Assembly (NCBI GenBank): GCA_051362555.1
Contig: CM120648.1
Location: 8,800,587 to 8,864,586 of the forward strand
DNA: 64,000 bases
Direction: 5' to 3'
From: Lingula anatina
Lineage: Eukaryota; Animalia; Brachiopoda
Below the pieces are notes generated by a model, which saw only the letters and a list, made by a program, of their open reading frames with translations, ran no database searches and was not told the DNA's origin. Shown piece after piece: positions 13,053-23,760 of the stretch. The number at the start of each line of letters is the position of its first letter. Within the stretch, counting starts at the first letter, position 1. A program made the translations under genes and the position numbers.

Positions 13053-13370
13053 AAAACTTCGCATGAGATCCATATTTCACAATAAATACTTTGTAAACAA
13101 CTCATAGAAGTATGATACATTTTATGTTACCACAAAACGGCGGTTATTGCAATTAATCTGGAATCTGTGCTTGTCATCGGACCACGTGGCCTCCAAATAT
13201 GGCTACCTTTTGTAATATTCTCTTAGATTCATAACAAAAAACTTTGTAGAAAAATTGGACCAACTTTGAATGTTGGAACGGATTAACTTACCATTGGTAA
13301 ATGTGGGAAAATTGACGTTTACCCTAGGAAATTTAATTTTTTTGCAAAAATGAAGAGTTGCTTAACCTTA
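13053..13370. mobile_element. Diverged Kolobok-like MITE copy immediately 3' of ANKRD49
   Basis: Colinear similarity to 4238-4576 (atgagatc..acaactcatagaa..gaccacgtg..aactttgaatg..accattggtaa..aagagtt); left end eroded. Confidence 0.7.
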
Positions 13371-14932
13371 ATTAAATGCCGTCTTTCTTTTATCTTGGTG
13401 CATACTTTATTTAAGGTTGATCTGCTATGCGGTTATTATGATTACGAACATGTAGACGCTCCGTTTTCTCTGAAATCCATTATGCCGATTTGTACCAAAA
13501 TGGCGCAGCGACTCGAACGTTTCCTCAAGTCCGACAAGGAGATCACTTTTTACAAAACATTTCTAACTACAGTATTAATATAAGTCCTTGTCTGCATTTA
13601 AAGAGTGGATGCACGTACAGGTAAAATAACACGAGATGAAAAGAAAATAAACACGGATCAGGATCAGGGTTGGGTTTCGGGCTCGTCATGTTTTCAGAAT
13701 ATGGTCTGCCACATGGGTGAAAATTATGCCCGATTTCAGGATTTTCAGACTTCATTTTGATCGTTTCTAAGTGCGGTGAGGAACTGCAAGCTACATGTAC
13801 GTTTTCAGAATTTTCAGTTTTTACAACTTTCACCCACACTCACACTCTTTACCCCGAACTGAGTGGAAAGTTGGATGGCTACCCTCCGTCATGGCTTGTA
13901 TATATGCTTTTATATTTAATATATATCAATAACCCTCGAGAAAATGATCCATATTTTGTCACTACCTTTTTGTTAAAATATATTGACGTAGTTTTTGTTG
14001 TTGTGTTTTAGTCCCGGATTCGATGTACAAATAAACGTTTTGTATAACGATCTGGCCCAATGCCAATATACTCGGTGCATTGAGCTAGTAAATAATCACC
14101 ATGTAAATCGCCGAGATAAAAATGCAAGTTTTAAAAATTATTTTAAAGATGCGGTTGTCAAACAACACGCGATTTTTAGTTCATTAAAATTCATCTGGAA
14201 TCCGCATTTACATTTATTGTTTTTTTTCCTTTCCATTTTTTGAAAAATTATTTTAGTATACAAAAAATGTGACACGTTGGGGCTTTTATTCTTTTATTAT
14301 TATTTTGTTGGGGGGGGGGGTCACAACGCGATAAAAATCCCTCCAATAGTTTACCCTTTGCCTTCAATATGTACCATTACGCGGTGACTAAAAACTTTAC
14401 ACATAGTATGAAGAATTAGTGGAATACTTAACCATTTAGATCATTCGACGAAGATTACATTTACAAACAAGTGACGTATTTTTCCACCGCACTCTCACAG
14501 TCACGTGACAAGAAGGATTGCGGACACACCTTGAGGCAGATTAGATGGAATGATAATAAACTGTGTCAAAATAGACGTATGTATGCCTGGTCCTGTATTT
14601 TTATCAGTAAAAGTCCGGGATAGAGTCGCAGTCTTTTTTCCTTCTCGTGAAGTTTATTATGTCAGTGTATAATTGTGCAGCGAGGTGTAACATTTCCTCA
14701 TTCTACCTGTATTGACGAGGTCAGTCTTTACGGCAATTCACGGACCTTGACACGCCTACCCTTTCTATGTGTTAATATATGAGGGAGGTGGATACAGGGA
14801 ATTAATTGCCAAATATTGTAAAAAATGTGTTTCTATTGAAGCTTTTTTTTTTTTTAGAGAAATTGAAATGTAAACGTATTTTGTCGTGCAGAGAGATGGC
14901 AAATGAAACACTATCGTTTTGAGCTCAATACA

Positions 14933-14934
<2 letters not shown>

Positions 14935-14991
<57 letters not shown>
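14935..14991. repeat. (TTA)n microsatellite
   Basis: Direct reading; source of the spurious poly-Ile ORF. Confidence 0.95.
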
Positions 14992-14993
<2 letters not shown>

Positions 14994-15748
14994 CGCTCCA
15001 TCCTCTTAATCTACATGTTTAGTTGGACATTTCCGTGTGTTTAATAATTCTATTTTAAATTTTGTTTAATCACGGATAAACAAATTGTTTGGGTAAAAAT
15101 CTGGCCAAAATTCTGATCAATTAATTTTTATGTCGAGACGAACAATATTTTCTTTTTTTCTTGCTTCTTTTCGTAAATGTATTCATTAAATTTTCTTATA
15201 TACAAAATGCACCGGAAATCGAAAAAAAAATACAAGTCGCATTTTTTTGGGGGGAGGGGGGGGGACGCTTTTTTCTTTGCGAAAACTAGTGCCAGTTGAT
15301 GACAAAATAATTTTAGACGTTATTTCCAGGAAGAAAACGCTTTAGTTTACAATTAAGCTGGCTGTCACGGGGGCGGGGACGATGTTATCCCTCAATTAAC
15401 GATAGTGCTGAGCTCGATTCCTTTACGCTAGTATCTCATTTCCTCGTTCAAATGAAGGAAACCGTATGGCAATTAATAAAAGTGAAAAAATTACATGCCC
15501 TTAAGTTGTAATAAAGCACAACAAACACTGTGAACGCCTATGGCCAGCGTCCAACCGTACATTAAGATATAAATCACAAACACGGAAATCTGGCCAAGGA
15601 CACCAGGGAACGTGAATGATAAAATCACCGGAACCGGACCGCTACGGTCTAATAAAGACGTCCAATGGGTTGATGAAGAAGACGTCCAATACAAAACAGT
15701 GACGCTGACATAAATCATAGACAAGGAAGTGGAGTACTGAGCTAGGTG

Positions 15749-15783
15749 TATATAAGTAAAGGATTTGGAATGTTGACATCAGT
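15749..15783 (+). promoter_or_regulatory. TATA box plus initiator of the Cys-rich repeat gene
   Basis: TATATAA at 15749-15755 and Inr-like TCAGT at 15779-15783 (~30 bp spacing); ATG-free 5'UTR exon ends at AG|GTAGGT (15945/15946). Confidence 0.65.
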
Positions 15784-16001
15784 GAAACTTTTCTGTGTTA
15801 AAGCGTGCACAGCCGAGGACGCCGAAAAAGTTGACATAATTTGAAGATCTCATATTCGCGATAGTTTTGTTTTTTCAGTAACAGCCAGTCAGGGTTGTCT
15901 TTTTGCGGGACGAATATTGGTGGACCATTCTGTTATTTTTGCAAGGTAGGTGTCCGTATATTAACATGCAGCTCGAGAGCGAGGTGAATGTTGGGGGAAA
16001 G

Positions 16002-16036
<35 letters not shown>

Positions 16037-16407
16037 TTTTACAATGTGTTGGGAGTGTGTTTGCATCTTTGACTGTTTAGGCATTCAACTGCGGTTTAAC
16101 AGGTCCATTTCCCGTTTTGCGGCTTAAAACTATTTTTCGTTCATCCCCTTTCATACAAAAAAAGGGCTGAAGAAAAGCGTTACACATTTTAAATTGATTA
16201 TCACGTTTTTGACTTCACAACTTCATAAAGTGACAAAGTAATTAACGATGATTACGTTATTTTGTCTAGATGCGAATATATTTTACATACGGCACATCTG
16301 AGGGAAGCTTATAGATCTAATGTAGATGCGTATGATTATTCATGACACTATTGTGACGTGCGTTGAGGTTTTTACTGTTCTTTACAGCGGCCGCTCGATC
16401 ACTTGAA

Positions 16408-18299
16408 ATGGCGACCTCAATTTTCTCAACCATTCCTTTGTTGTTTTGTGCGGCGATCATCAGTTCTTCGACAGCATTCCGTCTTGACAGACTAGCATCT
16501 TTACGTCTACCTGTAAAAGAATCCATTGGTAAGTTTTTGTCATTTTTGTAGTTTTTCATCTCAGACTAAAAAACGGGCATTTGCCATGCATACAGTGCCG
16601 ACAGTATATAAGACAGTCCCGGACATGAATATTTCTGTTATCACAAATAATATAATATAATATATCCATAACTGTACAAGGTAATACCAAGAGAAACTTT
16701 CTTAAAGACTTAAGCATACTAGTGCGACTTTTGAGCAAGTATTCATAATTTACATGTATATATTCTTGTGCACTTCATGTAACAACAGTAACCAATATAC
16801 CACCTGCAACATGCTTATTTAAAGGAGAATTATAGAACTGTTTTATAAAACAGTATGCAGTGTGTGTGACACAACCTCAAGGTCGCTTCATCTGCATAAA
16901 CTCTTTCCATAATTACGTAACTCGATCATGGTTCCTTTTTCTAACTTCAGCGATACCGCTACCGTCGCCATCATGCCCAGCTGGACAAGTCCAAGAACAG
17001 ACGTCCTATCTTCATTACCCACAGCAAACCTACAGCACCGTATTCTGTAACTCGGTGGCCGCAAATGCTCAAAACGAATGCGGTTATCACTGCAAGAAAG
17101 TGTGTAGAGATAACCATGGAGCGTCTGCTACTGTGGCCAGTGTTACCCTGAACGCGTGCGTTCCGAGTAGTTCTGTGCCAGGATTTTCTTCCGGAACTCT
17201 TGTGAAGATGGATGTTTGCTGTTCTCCTCCACCGCCGCCATCTTGCCCAAGCGGACAGGTGCCAGAACAGACGTCCTACCTTCATTACCCACAACAAACC
17301 CACAGCATAGCATTCTGTAACTCGGTGGCCGCTGATGCCCAAAACGAATGTGGTTTTCACTGCAAGAAAGTATGTAGAGATAACCATGGAGCGTCTGCTA
17401 CTGTTGCCAGTGTTACCCTGAACGCGTGCGTTCCGAGTAGTTCTGTGCCAGGATTTTCTTCCGGAACTCTTGTGAAGATGGATGTTTGCTGTTCTCCACC
17501 GCCGCCATCTTGCCCAAGCGGACAGGTGCCAGAACAGACTTCTTACCTTCATTACCCACAACAAACCCACACCACGGCATTCTGTAACTCGGTGGCCGCA
17601 GATGCACAAAATGAATGTGGTTTTCACTGCAAGAAAGTGTGTAGAGATAACCACGGAGCGTCTGCTACTGTGGCCAGTGTAACTTTGAATGCTTGCGTCC
17701 CAGGAAACTCTGTGCCAGGATTTTCTTCCGGAACTCTTGTGAAGATGGATGTTTGCTGTTCTCCACCACCACCGCCATCTTGCCCAAGCGGACAGGTGCC
17801 AGAACAGACGCCTTACCTTCATTACCCACAACAAACCCACAGCACGGCATTCTGTAACTCGGTGGCCGCAGATGCTCAAAACGAATGTGGTTTTCACTGC
17901 AAGAAAGTGTGTAGAGATAACCATGGAGCGTCTGCTGCTGTGGCCAGTGTTACTTTGAACGCGTGCGTTCCGAGTAATTCTGTTCCAGGATTTCCTACCG
18001 GAACTCTTGTGAAGATGGATGTTTGCTGTTTGCCACCAACTTGCCCAGCTGGACAAGTCCAAGAACAGACGCCTTACCTTCATTATCCACAACAAACCCA
18101 CAGCACGGCATTCTGTAACTCGGTGGCCGCAGATGCACAAAATGAATGTGGTTTTCACTGCAAGAAAGTGTGTAGAGATAACCATGGAGCGTCTGCTACT
18201 GTTGCCAGTGTTACTTTGAACGCGTGCGTTCCGAGTAATTCTGTGCCAGGATTTTCTACCGGAACTCTTGTGAAGATGGACGTTTGTTGTAACCCTTAA
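16408..18299 (+). CDS. Secreted cysteine-rich tandem-repeat protein, ~489 aa (exons 16408-16528, 16951-18299): signal peptide plus five 83-aa 8-Cys modules with Pro-rich linkers
   Basis: Hydrophobic leader MATSIFSTIPLLFCAAIISSSTA; phase-1 GTAAGT..ctaacttcag intron joins it in frame to the long ORF; modules start at 16974, 17244, 17511, 17781, 18042. Confidence 0.85.
16974..18290 (+). repeat. Coding tandem repeat, 5 units of 261-270 bp
   Basis: Near-identical units; periods 270, 267, 270, 261 bp. Confidence 0.97.
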
Positions 18300-19454
18300 A
18301 CTAAAGTTCCCAACCCGAGTGTTGACAGTGTTCTCCTTTGTATTTGGAAGAACATCGTAGAAACTGCACGTTGAGAATATATGCTTTTTCAATCAGTTCA
18401 TTTACTGCATAATTAGTTCTTTATGCATCCATGCTGTAACATTGCATAAAATATTGAAAATTGTTGGTAAAACTCTTCATTGAGGGTTTGATTGTTATGA
18501 GCGTACTTTGTGAAACCCCCTTTAAGGCTCTTTATTTGCTTACATCCATAATCAGAGTATTTTTACAGCTTTTTTCAAAACTTTGAAGTGTCTAAACATA
18601 CCCGTATACCCGTCGATTTTGAGAAATATGACTACCAGAAACATTACTAATCTTTTTTTATGAATATAATACGTTTAACTTATTTACAGTCATTTAAATA
18701 TTCAAATATGTTAGAAATTTGTTGCGATTGAAACTGTAACTTGCAAAATGTCTCATAGTTTTATTCGATAGAAATATATCTTAAGTGGTATTCAGGACTC
18801 GCCAAGAGGATTATGCACGATTGAGAGAATTTCGCGGTCTTTTTCTACGTTCTGTTTTTACACATCTCTTTGTAGATATTCTCCATTTCACTAAACACTG
18901 ACATTTTATTATCCATGTGTACGAAATAAATGGAATTTTCTTTTGTTTGTTTTATCAAACAACTTGTTATCGTTTCTCATTCAAATCTCTTATAGCTTAG
19001 TATCGTTTGGATTTGAGAAATCTAGATACAATATTTGGCGTATTCATGAAAAAGGTCTATATATTCAATAAACATAAGTAATTTATATATTATCGAATAC
19101 CTTTGATTTAACAGAGCCACTCCCGTTATCGGGTGGCGTAAAATATTGTTTCTGTCACACGAATCTTTATTGCATATCAATGGCAACGATTTTTACTTCA
19201 TGAATTAAACGCGCTGCTTGAGTAGTGACATTATTTAAGAGAGTCGTTCTCCATTTGGACGGAGAATCATTTTTACTTACATTTTGTTAATTTTGTGACA
19301 TCAAATCTTAATTTTGTGTAGCAGATCATAAAAAAAGCGTCGCTTGGTACAGTGGTATGATGCATTGCTATGATGTTACATGCATTGCATTCCAGGAATT
19401 AAAAGTGTTATCTATTTTTTATGATTTGGATTTGCAAACGAGCGACGTAAATCT

Positions 19455-19526
19455 GTGCGGCTGGTGTAGTGGTATTGTGCAAAATTCCCTTTATTGCGAC
19501 CCTTTATTCGATTCTGGGGCGGCGCA
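19455..19526 (+). pseudogene. tRNA-Gly(CCC) pseudogene
   Basis: Aligns end to end with the intact copies but has substitutions in the acceptor, anticodon and T stems (B box damaged). Confidence 0.8.
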
Positions 19527-19754
19527 CTGATCTTACTGATAATTTATCAAAAAATTTGTATTGAATTTGACTTTTAAAAAATTATGATATAAGTGCAAAA
19601 TTATTATGTGCAAGTACATGCAAAAAGTGCCATTGCTATCAGAGGTATTATCATTTTTGGCGTCGCAATAATTTTATTCACTTTTGTTGAAGTATTTAAC
19701 ATGAAATAACAACTAAGAAAACTTTTTGCAACTCTCCGACCTAGTATACGTGTG

Positions 19755-19825
19755 GCGCCGCTGGTGTAGTGGTATCATGCAAGATTCCCATTCTTGCGAC
19801 CCGGGTTCGATTCCCGGGCGGCGCA
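19755..19825 (+). tRNA. tRNA-Gly (CCC), copy 1
   Basis: GCGCCGCTGGTGTAGTGGTATCATGCAAGATTCCCATTCTTGCGACCCGGGTTCGATTCCCGGGCGGCGCA; canonical cloverleaf, A/B boxes, T-run terminator. Confidence 0.97.
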
Positions 19826-20073
19826 TACTTTTTTAGTTAAACTTTTCTTGATATGTTTTACTCACCTTAATAGTTTCATAGTTAAGTTTATAATATTATC
19901 TTTAGCACTGATCGCCAAAGATTCCTGTCCCCTGTCCACTGGAATTATAATTATGTAAGATTTTTACTTTTGCGACACACATTCTATTCCCTGGAAAACC
20001 TTACAAATTGTAGTCTATTTCATATTTGACTGCAATTTCCATGAATTCGAAATCGAACAACAGAAGAATAACA

Positions 20074-20144
20074 GCGCCGCTGGTGTAGTGGTATCATGCA
20101 AGATTCCCATTCTTGCGACCCGGGTTCGATTCCCGGGCGGCGCA
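20074..20144 (+). tRNA. tRNA-Gly (CCC), copy 2
   Basis: Identical 71-nt sequence. Confidence 0.97.
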
Positions 20145-20402
20145 TAAATTGTAGTTAAATTTATATGTAAATCACTTTTTCATATTTATTAAACTAGTAA
20201 AACTTATGCGTTACTCACCTTTATAAAATTATCTTTATCACTGATCGCGAAGGATGCCCCTGGTTCACTGGTTTGGTGAAAGATATTTATATTTGCAATA
20301 TGCATTCCATTCCCTGGAAAGCCTTTTAAATGTTTCTTTATAAATTCTATATATTTTATATATTTGTTAACAATTTCCATGATTACGTAAGTCCGATATA
20401 AG

Positions 20403-20473
20403 GCGCCGCTGGTGTAGTGGTATCATGCAAGATTCCCATTCTTGCGACCCGGGTTCGATTCCCGGGCGGCGCA
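20403..20473 (+). tRNA. tRNA-Gly (CCC), copy 3
   Basis: Identical 71-nt sequence. Confidence 0.97.
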
Positions 20474-20715
20474 TAAATTGTAGTTAAACTTTTATGTAAA
20501 TCACTTTTTCATATTTATTAAACTATTAAAACGTATGCGTTACTCACCTTTATAAAATTATCTTTATCACTGATCGCGAAGGATTCCCCTGGTTCACTGG
20601 TTTGGTGAAAGATATTTATATTTGCAATACGCATTCCATTCCCTGGAAAGACTTTTAAATTCTATATATTTTATATTTGTTAACAATTTCCATGATTACG
20701 TAGGTGCGATATAAG

Positions 20716-20786
20716 GCGCCGCTGGTGTAGTGGTATCATGCAAGATTCCCATTCTTGCGACCCGGGTTCGATTCCCGGGCGGCGCA
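20716..20786 (+). tRNA. tRNA-Gly (CCC), copy 4
   Basis: Identical 71-nt sequence followed by a T6 terminator. Confidence 0.97.
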
Positions 20787-20944
20787 CATGTTTTTCTGAT
20801 ATTTTCTCAACTGTTTTATGTCGAGTTTATCTTAAATGCTGTCACGTAAATTTGATAAACAATGCGTCTGTATGTGTGTGCGTGAGCGGCTCACAGCTAT
20901 ACGAAAAATAATGAACAGAAAGCAATGCTTTAGGTACAAAATAT

Positions 20945-20950
20945 TTTATT
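20945..20950 (-). terminator. Candidate agrin polyadenylation signal (AATAAA, minus strand)
   Basis: First canonical AATAAA I found downstream of the agrin stop; implies a ~2.7-kb 3'UTR. Confidence 0.4.
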
Positions 20951-22272
20951 TAAACCATTATGAGTGAAACGATGAATTCAACACGCAAGTTAACATATAC
21001 AGTGCGCGTATCAAGCAACACACATGGGTATGGGTATTACAAGTAAACCGTATGGATAAAACATTAATTATCGTAAGAGAATTTGCCAGCACATATGGCA
21101 TGCGTGTACGGATTCTAAATGAAACTGCCCTGTCTGTACATCCATTACGTACAAATTCCAGCACAGATGTGTCATTAAAATCGCGAAAATAACGGTCTCT
21201 AAAAGCAGTATTTTACTTCAAGGAAAAAATATTCTTTAAAATAAGGCAAGCTGTATGTAACATTTTACCACACAACGGAGTTTAGATAACATTGTACAGG
21301 GGAATAGAGAGTTTTTTTTCAAAAGTTTTTCATCAAGCATACAGATACAGTGTAGCAAAATATGACGTATACGATTACAATGTGTTAATGTACAAAATAA
21401 GTAAACATATCAATACATTCATCATTTTTTGACATAATAACAGTATTTCATTCACATGATGTTATACTAGTTTAAATAAATATCATTTTACTGTGCAATT
21501 ACTTCATGAGGAATATTTCATATTCTGTATCTCAATATACAAAAACTAAGTAGACTATTACCGTCATTAGCTATTCAAGTGCATCTTAATACTTAAGTTT
21601 TGAGTAACACATTACCTTGTTAGCTATATAGTTTATATCTATATGGTATCGTACAAAAAGTGGTTGCCATTGTCACTAGCGAGGGGCCCCACTTTACACA
21701 TTGCGTTAGGTGAGAAATAAGCACAACTAATCTCGGCAACAAGTGCCAAACAATAAAAGAGCTGACATTTTTATAGGAAATTGCAATATTACGGCTCTAG
21801 CATATTTTAAATTCGTCTTATGGGGGCGCATATCAGGGACCAATTCTCAGCTGCCATTACATGTCAAGATGTTTGAGATAACCACTAATGATTCAGCCCA
21901 TTCCATACAGTCAAACACTCCTTTAAATGATTCCTTTACAGTATTTGCAAGACTATTACAAATTCGTCATATGCAATGTGGTAATTCTAGCCCCCACTCC
22001 CCCAGGCCTATACTATTATTCAGCATAATGTACCACTTATTCTTATCTTCACAAGAGTTGTATATATTTTACACCTATGCCAGTGACAATCCATTCATGA
22101 TGCACAATATGCAAAAGAAAAAAATTAAACAGTGAACATTTAGCTACAAACAGCACCAAGGAGTTTTACCTGATAAACCTATATCATGATTTTAACATAT
22201 AATTTACATATATTAACTTTTATGTTGACATCAAGGTACTGGTTTAGAGTTTGTTCATTTTAAAGTATCAAT

Positions 22273-22446
22273 GGGGGCGTCTCGATAGTCCGAAGGTTCA
22301 TTGGTCCGAAGGTTCATTGGTCCGAAAAGTGGTAACATTTTCATCGATTTTTTAATCAAGGGTTCATTGGTCCGAAGGTTCTATAGTGAATATTCGGACC
22401 AATGAACCTTCGGACTATTGAACCTTCGGACTATTGCTACGGCCCC
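22273..22446. mobile_element. Foldback-type MITE built of 15-bp TCCGAAGGTTCATTGG-like units, 8-bp TSD
   Basis: GGGGGCGT...ACGGCCCC termini; internal units inverted in the right half; TSD GTATCAAT at 22265-22272 and 22447-22454. Confidence 0.85.
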
Positions 22447-23611
22447 GTATCAATTACAGAAAAGGATTCAAGTTATCTACTTTTGTGATTTTTTGAGGGA
22501 ATTCGAGTAATTCTCTCATGTAAATCAAAAGTTTTAAATCTCCAGGTTTTTACTTGAAAATTAAAGAACCTTGTGGGACAATTGATCAGTGAAGAATAAC
22601 TTGATCTGAAGACAAAATATGTTGGCAAACCGTCTTTTGTCAAAATATGCCTAAGTAGTTTTAATTTCTTAACTGGGGTTTGTAAAGCAAAAATCCACTA
22701 CAATATGCTCCATTCTAATCACAATGTAGTAGTACCAATACTTACAAATTGGGTTACTTATACAGCAATATATATCTCAAACTGCTTTGTGTCCCAATTT
22801 TTGACATGGAGAGACCCCAATCTCCCCCCCCCTCAAATATTGGCATGCAAAAAGGTTCTTGGGAAACTTGAAAATTACACAGATTTTCAATTATGCATTA
22901 ATGTATATATTTGCACATTAAATCTGTCCAGTCATTGAGCATATGATCACGTCAGTCAGAACACTTTTGGCATTTTAAAATTTATAACACGACACGTACC
23001 GAGGAACGGAAAAAGCAAAGTTTTTACACTCTAAAAGGCTTATAGTATGTACACTGCTGTGATAAGTTGTTATATGTGTCTTACAGCTCTCAATATGCTA
23101 AAACAATTATTCCTTAAAAAAATTGCATGGTTATCCCTAGATACATATTGACTTCATGCGTTGTGTGTAAAAAGGTATTTCAAAATTAATACTTCATATT
23201 GGTGGGATAACACAATGCTAGAGCCTCAGTTCTGTTAGGTGAGATGGTATGGCAGGATGCCATTGCATTAAAAATAGATTGCCTTACAGACAAACGTACA
23301 TACATGAACTATTAAATGCTGTCATTTATACACAATGACCAATGAGATGTTTGTACCACAACAGCATGCTGTAATTGTGTACAGTAAAATGCAGTCACTT
23401 TTGGCAGAGAAATTTCCAAATGTTTAATAAGACGTGTAGGAATTAGGTTACAAAACTGGGAATGTGGGCCATATAATATTGAATGCTGCTTATCATCACC
23501 CTGGAGTGGAGAAAAAAAAAACGATGCTGTTACATGGTACTGGCCATCCAAACTGGGTTAAATTCGTTACATAAATGCACATATATACATATAATATTAA
23601 CTGAATTTACA

Positions 23612-23760
23612 CTATGTTTTGCAAAATTTTATAGAACTTCGTCCTTTCCGGTGGTCAACTAAATGTAACTCTTCTTTGTCCAGTGTTACGTATTGGATAC
23701 AGCCCTGGAAACCTTTATAGTATGCTCTTGGAAGGCCATCTGGGGGCATGCGTTTGCCGC
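23612..23760 (-). CDS. AGRN: Agrin last coding exon (LG3 end [22 protein letters not shown]...FCKT*)
   Basis: ttccag acceptor, phase 1, LamG C-terminal GCI motif. Confidence 0.92.

Noticed and set aside
16860-16950. N-terminus given by the ORF track (MCVTQPQG...)
   Set aside because: GTG start inside an intron; a branch point and acceptor at 16950 and an upstream signal-peptide exon explain the real start
16971-18392. 473-aa antisense ORF over the Cys-rich repeats
   Set aside because: It shares the codon register of the sense ORF and stays open only because one repeat unit lacks TCA/TTA/CTA codons, multiplied five times. It has no promoter or splice support and no recognisable protein features.
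19755-20786. Regularly spaced identical repeats resembling a CRISPR array
   Set aside because: The repeats are 71-nt tRNA genes with homologous ~250-bp spacers in a eukaryotic genome; no cas genes
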